DNA from: an uncultured Pseudomonadota bacterium | GTDB lineage: Bacteria > Pseudomonadota > Alphaproteobacteria > RF32 > CAG-239 | Direction of reading: 5' to 3' | Assembly (NCBI GenBank): GCA_949295085.1 | Contig: CASFJS010000008.1 | Span: 38,855 to 102,854, forward strand | Length of the DNA stretch: 64,000 bases | Shown: positions 55,102 through 64,000 of the stretch, in pieces | Layout: every line of letters starts with the position of its first letter | Position numbering within the stretch: the first letter of the stretch is position 1 | The notes under the pieces: generated by a model | Told to the model about the DNA's origin: nothing | Database searches by the model: none | The model's input: only the letters and a program-made list of their open reading frames with translations | Program-made: the position numbers and the translations under genes

Positions 55102-55130
55102 TTGCCAAGAGTCGCATTTTGATTTATCTA
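55102..55130 (+). promoter_or_regulatory. candidate sigma70-type promoter ahead of the pilus-associated genes
   Basis: TTGCCA (55102-55107), a 17-nt spacer, then TATCTA (55125-55130). The -10 element ends 21 nt upstream of the ATG at 55152. Confidence 0.3.
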
Positions 55131-55151
55131 GTGTTTAGAGGGGTTTCATTT

Positions 55152-56909
55152 ATGCCAAAAACAGGTCTGAAGGCATTTATATGCAGTTTTTCGGTATCGC
55201 TGTTTGCCGTTATGGCGGTAAACAGGGTTTTCTGGCATGAAGAAACCCTTGATGATACCCCTCCGGAAATTAGCGGGCAAAACATTGTTTTGTTCTTGAA
55301 AAACAATGCTATATCAAAAAGCCCGGTCAAAAAAATAGCGCTTAATACCCTGCCGAAAATAGATTTACCCGTTCCGCAGCCTCCGCAGCCGGAAATTATT
55401 ATGGCCGCCGAGCCGGAACAATGGAGCTTTCCGCTGGAGTTTGAAACTGTTGATGAGCCGGCGGAGCTGGGCGCGTCTCCGGCTGCGGAGGCCGAGCCTG
55501 TTGTGGTGGCCGATATCGTTTATTCTGAAGACAAACCTCTCGAAACCCCCGATATTAAGGCTGCGCCGGTTTATGCTCCGGAGCAAAATGAAATCAAACT
55601 TGCGGCTGCACCTGTTTATCGGCCGGAAGATGTCGCCCCGTTGATACCTCTTACGGAAAACGGTCCGTCGGCGCCGCCGGCAACCGGGCAGGCCGCTCCA
55701 ACAACGGGCAAAGCCCCCGGCGGTGATTCCAAAGCCCTGAAATTGGCCCGTGCGGCAAAAGTGGCTCCCATTCCGTTACAGAAATCAGCCTCTGAGCCGG
55801 TGTCTGACAAAAAAATATCTATCGGAGATCCGGGAGACTTGAACCATATTGCCATGGGTGATACCGGCATTCCGATCGAAAGTATGAGAAACAAGCTGGC
55901 GCCGTCGCCGCAGGAAGAACCTCCCGCAAAGGACTGGAAGCCCATGAGTGATAGTCCGTGGGTGGTTGCCAAGACCGGCGCCGGCGGCAAAAACCGTCTG
56001 GCGGCAAACTTTTCCGAAAAAGCAGACGGAGAAATCGTCCGGGCTCTTGAAATTGCCCCGGAGCGCAAAGGTGTGCAAGTTGCGTCCGAAACGGTTAAAA
56101 ATCTCATTATCCCGATACCGCGGGATATTATGCAGGACAAAGACCTGACCCCGAAACTTGCCTATCCGAGTTCATCGGAAGACGCGGCGAAAGAAAAGAT
56201 TATTGACGCAAAAATTAAACAGCAGGAAAAAATCCTGGAAGCGGGCAAAGGCGATAAGGAAACACCCTTGCTTTCGCCTGTTGAAGAAGATATCGTTCTG
56301 GATGCGCCGAATACGGGAAAGAGCGGGGATGTGCTTGCGGCAGAATCCCGGTCGGCGGCCGAGATTGCGCAGCCGGCAAAAAATACTGCCCCCGAAGAAA
56401 AAGAGGCGGCGCTTTCAAAAAAAACCGGTATTATCGGGGCGTTGAATTCTATTTTTAATCGTTCGGCCAAAACCGTTGATGGCGCAAAGGAAAGAGCGGT
56501 AGCCAAGGCTAAAGCCAAACGCTCTTTAAAACGAAAACAGGCTAAAGAGAAACCTGTCTCGATCATGCCCAAAGAAATCCGGTTATCGTTCCAGCCCAAC
56601 CGGGCAGAGATATCGGGGCAGACATTGCGTTGGGTACAGGCCTTTGCCGCCAAAGCGGCGGAAACACCCGAGATGGCTCTGGAAATCAGGATTGACGGCA
56701 CCAGCTCCATGGCTTTACAGCAAAAGCGCCTCAATCTGTTGCACAATATTTTGACCAATAAAGGGGTTGAATACTCCAAAATCAATACGGTTTTTACAAC
56801 CAGAGAGCCAAACAGCTTTATTTTACGGACAATTAGTCCGGACAACGACAAGAAAGGAACAACAAAAGGAAAAAACAATGGTGCCGGATATCGCTACATA
56901 CAATGGTAA
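55152..56909 (+). CDS. Pro/Ala/Glu-rich membrane-anchored protein with degenerate OmpA/MotB-like C-terminus
   Basis: I chose the start at MPKTGLKAFICSFSVSLFAVMAV (a TM anchor); the ORF is open back to 54855. The centre is long and low-complexity. The last ~110 aa (RLSFQPNRAEISG...IRIDGTSS...QKRLNLLHNILTNKGV) loosely follow the OmpA-C pattern. Confidence 0.5.
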   Translation: MPKTGLKAFICSFSVSLFAVMAVNRVFWHEETLDDTPPEISGQNIVLFLKNNAISKSPVKKIALNTLPKIDLPVPQPPQPEIIMAAEPEQWSFPLEFETVDEPAELGASPAAEAEPVVVADIVYSEDKPLETPDIKAAPVYAPEQNEIKLAAAPVYRPEDVAPLIPLTENGPSAPPATGQAAPTTGKAPGGDSKALKLARAAKVAPIPLQKSASEPVSDKKISIGDPGDLNHIAMGDTGIPIESMRNKLAPSPQEEPPAKDWKPMSDSPWVVAKTGAGGKNRLAANFSEKADGEIVRALEIAPERKGVQVASETVKNLIIPIPRDIMQDKDLTPKLAYPSSSEDAAKEKIIDAKIKQQEKILEAGKGDKETPLLSPVEEDIVLDAPNTGKSGDVLAAESRSAAEIAQPAKNTAPEEKEAALSKKTGIIGALNSIFNRSAKTVDGAKERAVAKAKAKRSLKRKQAKEKPVSIMPKEIRLSFQPNRAEISGQTLRWVQAFAAKAAETPEMALEIRIDGTSSMALQQKRLNLLHNILTNKGVEYSKINTVFTTREPNSFILRTISPDNDKKGTTKGKNNGAGYRYIQW

Positions 56910-56963
56910 TAACTGTTTGACGGCGCTTGATTATTTATTTTTCAATAGTATGATAAGGAAAAT

Positions 56964-57668
56964 ATGATGAATAAATCTATTCAAAGGATCGCGAATATGA
57001 GCTTAAAGAGATTATACGGGCCGGTTTTTTTATCGCTGCTGCTGGTAACGGGGTGCAGCAGATATACTTTATGGGGTTCGGCCGATGAGCCTGAGATAAT
57101 CAGTGAGCAGGAAGTTGCCTATGTTCAAAGTGCGCCGGTCGTTCCGGTTGTCGTCCCGCCGGAGGAGCCGGCAGATCCTTTTGTTGATTATCGCCGGACC
57201 GCGGCCAATTATCGTGAGTTTGGTGAAAGAACGCCGCAAGATCAGTATATTGTGAGCGGCGGTCTTGGCAGTAATATGTCTGCCGCCGTTCCGCCGACAA
57301 TCGAAGAAGAAGTTATGAATTATGAAGAAGCTGTCAACGAGGCTTTTGACGAGGCTGCCGGGGATAGCAATTACGGTGCCGCAAGTTCCGGCGACGATGC
57401 CGTTGAAGACTGGCTGGCCGAAGAAGGCGATACTCTGAAAGGCCTGCTGTCCGATTGGTGCGAAAGAGCCGGTTGGCGTTTAGTGTGGAACTCAAACCGC
57501 AATTATACTTTAGGGGCCGGAGCCATGTTTCGGGGTCGGTTTGCCGATGTATCTTCGGCCTTGATTCGCACTTTTGCGCGCGCGCAGCCGGCGCCTTTGG
57601 CCACTTTTTATAAAGGAAACCGCGTTTTAGTTGTTGAGACCAGGGAGGATGAGAATGCGTATAACTAA
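56964..57668 (+). CDS. PilL-like lipoprotein with TcpQ-type C-terminal domain (type IVb pilus)
   Basis: It has the lipobox LLLVTGC. The C-terminus DWLAEEGDTLKGLLSDWCERAGWRLVWNS...FRGRFADV matches the TcpQ/PilL domain pattern. Confidence 0.6.
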   Translation: MMNKSIQRIANMSLKRLYGPVFLSLLLVTGCSRYTLWGSADEPEIISEQEVAYVQSAPVVPVVVPPEEPADPFVDYRRTAANYREFGERTPQDQYIVSGGLGSNMSAAVPPTIEEEVMNYEEAVNEAFDEAAGDSNYGAASSGDDAVEDWLAEEGDTLKGLLSDWCERAGWRLVWNSNRNYTLGAGAMFRGRFADVSSALIRTFARAQPAPLATFYKGNRVLVVETREDENAYN

Positions 57669-59256
57669 TTGGAAGAAATTCGGGCTTGGCATTTGCGTGG
57701 TCGCTTTTGCTGCTTCCTGTTCTATTTCAACAACGATGGACACCGCGGTTGAAAAAGAAATCAGTTCGGCCTCTCGTTTGCGGGAGGACGCCAAGGTTCC
57801 GACGGGGGTATCCAATCAGGATTTGGTTAAAGTAAAAGAGGATATCTGGCTTGGCGACAGCAGCAAAATTGAATATGAGGGCGAGCCGCTTCCGTCGTAT
57901 TTGGAGGGCAAAGACGGCATTACGCTTGTTTCCAACCGGCCGATTACCTTGTATGAAATCGGCGACATGATCAACCGCACCACAAGTCTGGGCGTTCGCT
58001 ATGCCGCGGAGCTGGAGGAGGAAGTCCGCTCCAAAGGCGAGCAGAACAAGCCTCTTGAAGAAACGGTAACGTCTGGCGGCTGGGTTTCTCCCGACACGAT
58101 GATGGTTTCCTATCAGGGGCCGTTGAGCGGTTTTCTGGATGAGGTTTCCTCGCGTTTTGGTGTGTGGTGGAAATATGAGAACAAAGACATTTATTTTTAC
58201 CGTTTTATTACCAAAACTTTTGTCATCTACTCTCTGCCGACAAAGCCGAGTATGAGTGTTCAGATCGGCGGGCAGGCTTCCGGTGGCGGTGCATCGTCAT
58301 CCATCAGTTTGTCTTCGTCGATTGATGTTGAGATGTGGGCGCAATTTGAAAAGAGCATTACCTCCATGATAAGTTCGGGAGCCAAGTTGACGGTATCTCC
58401 GGCGGATGGCACGATTACCCTGACGGCCACACCGAACGACATCAAGTTGGTTGCCAAATACATTAACGAGCAAAATGCCCGTTTGTCGCGTCAGGTGGCC
58501 ATTTCGGTCAAGATTATGCAGGTCACGGTAAATGACACTGACAACTACGGGCTGGATCTGCGCGCCACTTTTGAAGACGGCGTTACCTCAATCGGTATCA
58601 CGGGGGCGCAGTCCATCAGCGGTGATGACATGAGCAACTCGCTGTCTTGGGGTGTTATCAAAAACAACTGGACGGCGGACGCCATTATGCAGGCCATCTC
58701 GCAGAAGAACCGCACTTCTTTGATTACCAGCGGCACGGTGACGACACTTAACAATAAGCCGGCGCCGATTCAGGTAACGCAGAAACAAAACTATATTTCG
58801 GAGATGACCAAAACCAACAACGGCACCGACGGCAACAACTATGACATTTCGGTGACAACCGAGGAAATCGAAACCGGGTTTACGCTGGATGTTCTGCCGC
58901 GCATTTTGGAGCATGGCCGCATGCTGGTTATGTTCAACATGACACTTTCCGATCTGCTATCGCTTGAGAGAGTTCAATTCGGTAACGAAGATGAGAACCA
59001 GTACATTCAAAACCCGATTGTTGAAAGCCGCGCTTTCACGCAGGAGGTTGCCATGACTTCCGGAGAATCTCTGATTTTGACGGGTTACGAGCGCGTTTCG
59101 AGTGAGACCTCCAAGTCCGGCATGGGCTCGGCCGAAAATTCTCTGTTGGGCGGCAGCGCTTCGGCGGAGAGGGATCGCAATATTTTGGTTATCATCCTGA
59201 CGCCGGTTTTGCTTGAAACCCCGCTATCACCCGAAACCAGAATGAGCATGAATTAA
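57655..59256 (+). CDS. type IVb pilus secretin lipoprotein, R64 PilN-like
   Basis: The RBS AGGGAGG precedes MRITNWKK. The lipobox is AFAASC. The C-terminal secretin domain shows GFTLDVLPRIL, ESRAFTQEVAMTSGESLILTGY and NILVIILTP. Confidence 0.8.
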   Translation: MRITNWKKFGLGICVVAFAASCSISTTMDTAVEKEISSASRLREDAKVPTGVSNQDLVKVKEDIWLGDSSKIEYEGEPLPSYLEGKDGITLVSNRPITLYEIGDMINRTTSLGVRYAAELEEEVRSKGEQNKPLEETVTSGGWVSPDTMMVSYQGPLSGFLDEVSSRFGVWWKYENKDIYFYRFITKTFVIYSLPTKPSMSVQIGGQASGGGASSSISLSSSIDVEMWAQFEKSITSMISSGAKLTVSPADGTITLTATPNDIKLVAKYINEQNARLSRQVAISVKIMQVTVNDTDNYGLDLRATFEDGVTSIGITGAQSISGDDMSNSLSWGVIKNNWTADAIMQAISQKNRTSLITSGTVTTLNNKPAPIQVTQKQNYISEMTKTNNGTDGNNYDISVTTEEIETGFTLDVLPRILEHGRMLVMFNMTLSDLLSLERVQFGNEDENQYIQNPIVESRAFTQEVAMTSGESLILTGYERVSSETSKSGMGSAENSLLGGSASAERDRNILVIILTPVLLETPLSPETRMSMN

Positions 59257-59280
59257 AAAGCCAGACAGGAGAAGCCATCA

Positions 59281-60606
59281 GTGCTGGAAGATGCAAAACT
59301 TTTAGATGAAGATTATGACGACGCCGGCGGCAAGCGCACCTGGGGAACGGCTCTCAACATTGACGGTGTAAACTACGCAACGAGCCTGTTCTGGCAGCCG
59401 CTACAAAACTCCGGTGACTATTTACAGGAGGTTGAAGAAGCCTCCAACAGTATTTTGGAGGGCGCCGATCTTTTTTGTATCAAAGGCGGCAAAGCGCCGC
59501 AGTTTGGTATTTGTGTTTCGCATGAGGGCTACAAGACCGGTGAATCGGTTGCGGCGGTTTCTCTGGTAACGGCTCTGTCGAATGTTTCGTCTTTTGTGGC
59601 CGTATTCAAGACCAAAGAGGGCTGGTGGTACACCTGTGTTCGTAACGACATCATATTGTCTGACGGCGACATGCTGTTCCTAAACGAAGAAGAAGCCAAA
59701 AACCAGTTTATGTCCATGTTGGCGGTTCCGGACTGGGGGCGCAAGATTGCGCCTCAGGAATGGGGTCTGGAGGACACCGAGGAACTTGATCTTGGGGAGA
59801 CCATTGCGCGCGGTGCCAAGGTCAAGCTGCAAAAAATAAAAGGGCTTCGCGGTTCAAAATTGATTATGGTCATTGCCATTTCGGCGGTTGTCGGCCTGTG
59901 GTTGGTGTCAAGCCTGATTGACAAATTGTTTTTAACGCCGGCCAAAAGACCCGTTGTGGTTCCGGTTCGGCCAAAAGTCGTCCAGCAGGTTGAGGTCAAA
60001 GAAGTTCCCAAACCGTGGGAAAGCATCAAAAGCCCGACGCGTTTCATGCAAAACTGCCGTGAGGGCGTCATGCGTCTGGCCGGAATTATGCCGCCGGGGT
60101 GGGAAATCGGCGTCATCAACTGTACGGGAACATCGGCTGCAACATCCTGGACAAGGCAGCTCGGCACGATGGAGTGGATAGAAACCGCCTTAAAGAACTC
60201 GGGTGTCGAGCTTTCGGGCTATTCGTTTGACCCGTCGGGAAATTCGCTGTCGGCGACTCTTAATTTGAGTGCTTTAGAGCCTTTATTGTCCCCGCCGGAT
60301 AAGACCCAAACGGATTTACGAAACGAGCTAAACAATTTATTTCAATCTCTGGGGCTGCAAATTTCGCTCACGGACGAGCGCATAACGCTCCAGTCCGCCA
60401 GACCGGCTGGCGGCAAAGGGCCCCAGGCGGCACAAGCCGTTGCCCCGGTGATTGTCAATTTAATAAAATTTTCGTTTAATTCGCCGCATGATCCTTTAAT
60501 TTGGCTGGATTTGTTAACAAAATATTCAGGTCTTGAAATTAGGATGATTACATACACCCCAAGCAGCAATACTTGGCATTATGAGGGAGCTATCTATGTT
60601 TTATAA
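59281..60606 (+). CDS. PilO(2)-like bitopic type IVb pilus assembly protein
   Basis: 441 aa with a GTG start and a single central TM segment (LIMVIAISAVVGLWLVSSLI). Its size and position between the secretin and the PilP-like gene match R64/PAPI-1 PilO. Confidence 0.5.
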   Translation: MLEDAKLLDEDYDDAGGKRTWGTALNIDGVNYATSLFWQPLQNSGDYLQEVEEASNSILEGADLFCIKGGKAPQFGICVSHEGYKTGESVAAVSLVTALSNVSSFVAVFKTKEGWWYTCVRNDIILSDGDMLFLNEEEAKNQFMSMLAVPDWGRKIAPQEWGLEDTEELDLGETIARGAKVKLQKIKGLRGSKLIMVIAISAVVGLWLVSSLIDKLFLTPAKRPVVVPVRPKVVQQVEVKEVPKPWESIKSPTRFMQNCREGVMRLAGIMPPGWEIGVINCTGTSAATSWTRQLGTMEWIETALKNSGVELSGYSFDPSGNSLSATLNLSALEPLLSPPDKTQTDLRNELNNLFQSLGLQISLTDERITLQSARPAGGKGPQAAQAVAPVIVNLIKFSFNSPHDPLIWLDLLTKYSGLEIRMITYTPSSNTWHYEGAIYVL

Positions 60607-61972
60607 CGCAAGAAATTTTTTGTTGGTGATGTTCATCGTTGTTTTGGCAGCGGTGTCCGGGTCGGTTCGGGCGCAGGGGCTTGTTTCGTTATCGGAAGAC
60701 GCCATGTTTGACGACGGCCTTGATACCGGGGACGAGCTTCCCGATCCTGCGGCGCGCAAGACACCTCAGGCGGAAGACGACAAAGCCGCTCCCAAAGATG
60801 CCGAAATTCCGTTAATTCAGCCGCAACCGGAGGCCAAAGCGCCTGCCGCTGCGCCTAAAGCTCCCGCAAAGCCGGCTGCCGATACCGGCGCCCGACCCAA
60901 AATTTCTCTGCCCAAAATTGAGGAGGAAGAGAGCATAGACTTGTTTGGCGACAAAGACAATGCCGGCGCCATCAGTCAGGATTTATTTTCGCAGATGTCC
61001 GAGCTGGAAAAAAGAACGGCATTGTTGAATTTGGAACTCCGCCGCGAAAAGCTGCAAAACGAGATTGAAGCGGTCAAAAACCAGCGGCGTCAGGCTCTGC
61101 AGCAGGAAGAAGACAAAAAAGAGCAGCAGCGGCTCAAAAACCTTGAGTTTGAAAAGCAGCAGGAGCAAAAAGTTTTGGTCGAGCAACAAAAACTGCGTGA
61201 TCTGGACATTCAATTTGAGACCCTGCGTCAGGAAAAACTTTTAGGTTCGTACAAAAACTATATGCTGGAAGAAAATCAAAAGTGGATTGCCCACAATGCC
61301 AATTTTTACAAACAGATTGCGGATCTCCGGCAGTCAAAAAAACACCTCACGGAAGCTCTCAAAGAAAAATTGCTTGCCCTCAAGGCCGAGGCTCAGACGG
61401 TGCGGCAGCAATATGAGGAGGCAACCAGAGAGTATGAAAAAACAATTGCCAACCGCGATACGCAGCTTAATATTTTGCGCAATCGCATAGCCATCATGGA
61501 GCGCGAGCAGGAAGCCATGGCTCAGAATCCTTTTGCCGGAGCAGCGTCGGCAGATACCGCTGCGTCGGATGAAGAAAAAGGCGAGGGGGATGAGAAGTCG
61601 CCTGATGAAGATACCGCCACCGAGCCGGTTGAAACAAAATTATCGCTCCTGTACGCCATTACCGAGATTCGCGGCCAGGGTGGCGAGCTGGTAGCCAAGT
61701 TGCTTAACAAAAACGGCATGTCTTTCTATGTCAAGAAAGGCACCAAGTTGCAAACCGGCCACACCATCAGCAACATCACGTCGTCTTACGTATCTGCCGA
61801 AAAAGACGGTGCAAAAGAATATCTGTATTTTGCCTCCGGTGGCATTACGCCGGTAGAAACCGCGGAATTCAAACTTGATATCTCCGAAGAAGACGGTGTC
61901 ACGTCGGCGGCAACAAGGAGCAGCGGCGGAACCCGCAGAAGATCCGGCGGGCCGGTTGCCACCAGGCTCTAA
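60596..61972 (+). CDS. PilP-like protein with ~300-aa Pro/Ala-rich and coiled-coil extension
   Basis: The start is MFYNARNF, with the RBS GAGGGAG. After a signal peptide comes a PKA-rich tract, then a Q/E/K coiled coil. The C-terminal ~90 aa (LLYAITEIRGQGGELVAKLLNKNGMSFYVKKGTKLQTGHTISNITSSYV) follow the PilP pattern. Confidence 0.5.
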   Translation: MFYNARNFLLVMFIVVLAAVSGSVRAQGLVSLSEDAMFDDGLDTGDELPDPAARKTPQAEDDKAAPKDAEIPLIQPQPEAKAPAAAPKAPAKPAADTGARPKISLPKIEEEESIDLFGDKDNAGAISQDLFSQMSELEKRTALLNLELRREKLQNEIEAVKNQRRQALQQEEDKKEQQRLKNLEFEKQQEQKVLVEQQKLRDLDIQFETLRQEKLLGSYKNYMLEENQKWIAHNANFYKQIADLRQSKKHLTEALKEKLLALKAEAQTVRQQYEEATREYEKTIANRDTQLNILRNRIAIMEREQEAMAQNPFAGAASADTAASDEEKGEGDEKSPDEDTATEPVETKLSLLYAITEIRGQGGELVAKLLNKNGMSFYVKKGTKLQTGHTISNITSSYVSAEKDGAKEYLYFASGGITPVETAEFKLDISEEDGVTSAATRSSGGTRRRSGGPVATRL

Positions 61973-61994
61973 AAATCTGACGGGCTGACAATTG

Positions 61995-63671
61995 ATGGCC
62001 GAAGAAACAACAGAAAAACCCGATGAGCCCGCCGCTGAGGCTGCCGCGCCGGATACGGCTCCAAAGACCGAAACGCAGGCAGCGGCCTCCGATGGCGGCA
62101 AGGGGACGATTAACGATATTTACTTTTCCAACGGCAACAAGTTGCTGACTTTGCCGGGGTCGACCTTAGCGGTCAATGACGACACCCGGCGTTTGCTGGC
62201 TTTGTTTTCCGACGGGCGTTTTCTGGTTGTTGAGACCCACAAGTTTGACGGCCGCGTTCTGAGCTTTGAGGTTTTGGCCCGCAAAAAAAAGCTTGCAATA
62301 TCCAAGCCGACCTATGTTTCGCAAAACGAAATCAATGCCATTTATTCCATTGGCGAGCGTGCGCAGGCGGCTGAGGAGGTTTCGGCCGACGCCGAGCTTG
62401 ACCAGCTGCAAATGCAAAAAGACTTTGTCAACGTGGTGGCCAGAGCCGCCGCCCGCAAAGTTTCGGATATTCACGTTGTGGTGGCCGACAGCACGCAGAT
62501 TATGTTCCGCGTCAACGGCATGATGCAGGTCGAGATGGAATACAACAAAGAATGGGGCGAATCATTTGTGCGCGCGGCGTTTGCCTCGGCGGATATTTCG
62601 GATTCAAACTATGCCCAAAACGAGTTTCAGGGCGCGCAAAAGTTGGGCTCCACACCTTTGCGCGGCTCCAAGGGCAAATTAATGCTGCCGCACAACGTTT
62701 TGGCCATTCGTTTGCAATTTAACCCGATAGCTTTCGGTTCGCAATATTTGGTCATGCGCTTATTATACGCCGATGACAATCCGGACGGCTCCGGCGATTT
62801 GGCAAGTCTTGGCTTTGGCCAGTTTGAAGAAGATTTGTTTTATCGTTTGCGGGCGGTTCCGGTGGGTCTGAGCATTATTGCCGGCCCGACGGGCTCCGGC
62901 AAATCGACCACCCTGCAGCGCAACATGATTAAGCTGCTGCAGGAAAAAAATTACGAGCTCAATCTGCTGACGGTGGAAGACCCGCCGGAGTATCCGATTC
63001 CCGGTGCGCGGCAAATGCCGGTGACCAACGCCAACACCGAGGAAGAAAAAGCCGAAGAATTTACCAAAGCCCTGTCGGCGGCGTTGCGTTCCGACCCGGA
63101 CGTGATTATGGTGGGCGAGATTCGCGCTTTAGCTGCGGCGCAGCTGACATTTCAGGGCGCGTTGTCCGGCCACGGCATGTGGTCAACGCTGCACGCCAAC
63201 TCGGCGCCGGCTATTCTCAACCGTTTTCGCGATATGGGCGTTGAAACCTTTAAGCTTCTGGATCCGGAACTCGTCAAGGGTCTGATTTCGCAACGTTTGT
63301 TCCGCAAGCTTTGCCCGCACTGCCGGATTTCTGTCAAAGAAAGACAGAATGACCCCTCATTTCAAAGGCTGCGCACGGCGCTGGGCGATTTTGGCGTTGA
63401 AAACACCTTTGTGCGCGGTCCGGGCTGCAAGTTTTGCAACAACACCGGCATCAAAGGCCGCATGTGCGTGCCGGAAATTATTTTGCCCGATGCCACCTTT
63501 TTGGAGTTAATGATCAAAGGCGAAACCCGCAAGGCCATTGACTACTGGACATCGGACCTAAACGGACGTACCTTGAAAGAAGCCGCCATGGAGCGTATGC
63601 TCAAAGGGTTTATCGACTTGGACGAGGTTGAGCGCTGGTGCGGTTTGCTGGACCAGCGTCCGGCATATTAA
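61995..63671 (+). CDS. type II/IV secretion ATPase (GspE family), R64 PilQ-like
   Basis: It has Walker A GPTGSGKST, an Asp box, Walker B VIMVGEIR, a His box, and a CPHC...C..C tetracysteine motif. Confidence 0.9.
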   Translation: MAEETTEKPDEPAAEAAAPDTAPKTETQAAASDGGKGTINDIYFSNGNKLLTLPGSTLAVNDDTRRLLALFSDGRFLVVETHKFDGRVLSFEVLARKKKLAISKPTYVSQNEINAIYSIGERAQAAEEVSADAELDQLQMQKDFVNVVARAAARKVSDIHVVVADSTQIMFRVNGMMQVEMEYNKEWGESFVRAAFASADISDSNYAQNEFQGAQKLGSTPLRGSKGKLMLPHNVLAIRLQFNPIAFGSQYLVMRLLYADDNPDGSGDLASLGFGQFEEDLFYRLRAVPVGLSIIAGPTGSGKSTTLQRNMIKLLQEKNYELNLLTVEDPPEYPIPGARQMPVTNANTEEEKAEEFTKALSAALRSDPDVIMVGEIRALAAAQLTFQGALSGHGMWSTLHANSAPAILNRFRDMGVETFKLLDPELVKGLISQRLFRKLCPHCRISVKERQNDPSFQRLRTALGDFGVENTFVRGPGCKFCNNTGIKGRMCVPEIILPDATFLELMIKGETRKAIDYWTSDLNGRTLKEAAMERMLKGFIDLDEVERWCGLLDQRPAY

Positions 63672-63687
63672 TAAAGAGGATTAAAAG

Positions 63688-64000
63688 ATGGCCGAAGAAG
63701 AAAGCACACCCAAAAAACGCTCGTCGAAATCGCTGCAGTCGGCGATGCGCAAGCTAAACAAGGTGGAAGAATATTATGCCCGCCTGATTATTCAGTTTTC
63801 CAACAAAACGAGGCTCAAAGTTTATCGCAAAATTGCCTCGTTGATGCGCAACCGCTTTTCGTTGATGGACGCGCTGGACATGTTGCACGACGGCGCCTCA
63901 AACGGCGGCAAAAACCCCGGCGAACCCTTGGCAATTGCCATTGCCGCCTGGGGGCGTTCGCTCAACAACGGTAAAACTTTTTCCGAGGCCTTAAAGGGCT
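63688..64000 (+). CDS. GspF/PilC-family platform protein (R64 PilR-like), 5' fragment running off the window
   Basis: The ORF is open from the ATG at 63688 to the window edge. ...RLKVYRKIASLMRNRFSLMDALDML... and GKTFSEALKG are typical of the first GspF domain. Confidence 0.65.
   Translation, partial: MAEEESTPKKRSSKSLQSAMRKLNKVEEYYARLIIQFSNKTRLKVYRKIASLMRNRFSLMDALDMLHDGASNGGKNPGEPLAIAIAAWGRSLNNGKTFSEALKG

Noticed and set aside
54855-55151. N-terminal extension of the 684-aa ORF
   Set aside because: It overlaps the end of the ROK gene and has no coding character. A TM anchor and a candidate promoter support the ATG at 55152. The exact start remains uncertain.

Overview
The window is a 64-kb chromosomal segment from a moderately AT-rich Gram-negative bacterium. 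Gene content and the promoter type point to an alphaproteobacterium, possibly host-associated; this is inference only, since no search was possible.

Most of the window is a housekeeping backbone:
- rpsA, tRNA-Arg, and the rpmH-rnpA-yidD-yidC-engB cluster
- murI and the yfgM-bamB-der cluster
- tkt-fba, dnaK and dnaJ
- rsmE, cmk, xerD, aroK, mtnN, apt

I recognised no rRNA, CRISPR array, transposase or phage genes.

Several accessory features interrupt the backbone:
1. A roughly 5-kb island (about 26.5-32.3 kb) has more GC-rich, C/G-ending codon usage. It is bracketed by two clusters of one palindromic/tandem repeat family. It encodes a predicted outer-membrane beta-barrel and a 978-982 aa lipoprotein made of four tandem ~160-aa modules. 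I could not place either protein in a family. This is my best candidate for something undescribed, or alternatively an assembly chimera.
2. dnaK and dnaJ are split by an opposite-strand 1291-aa orphan ORF with a PEPEPK/Q repeat tract. Each chaperone gene has its own CTTG-N18-CCTAtAT-type heat-shock promoter.
3. A 100-bp duplication covers the tRNA-Val leader plus the first 18 nt of the tRNA.
4. A chain of overlapping minus-strand genes ends in an RquA-like (rhodoquinone-type) methyltransferase. The chain also includes an HPt protein and an orphan response regulator.
5. An R64/PAPI-1-style type IVb pilus cluster (PilL/N/O/P/Q/R-like) runs off the 3' edge of the window.

All family calls come from motif recognition by eye and need HMM or BLAST confirmation.
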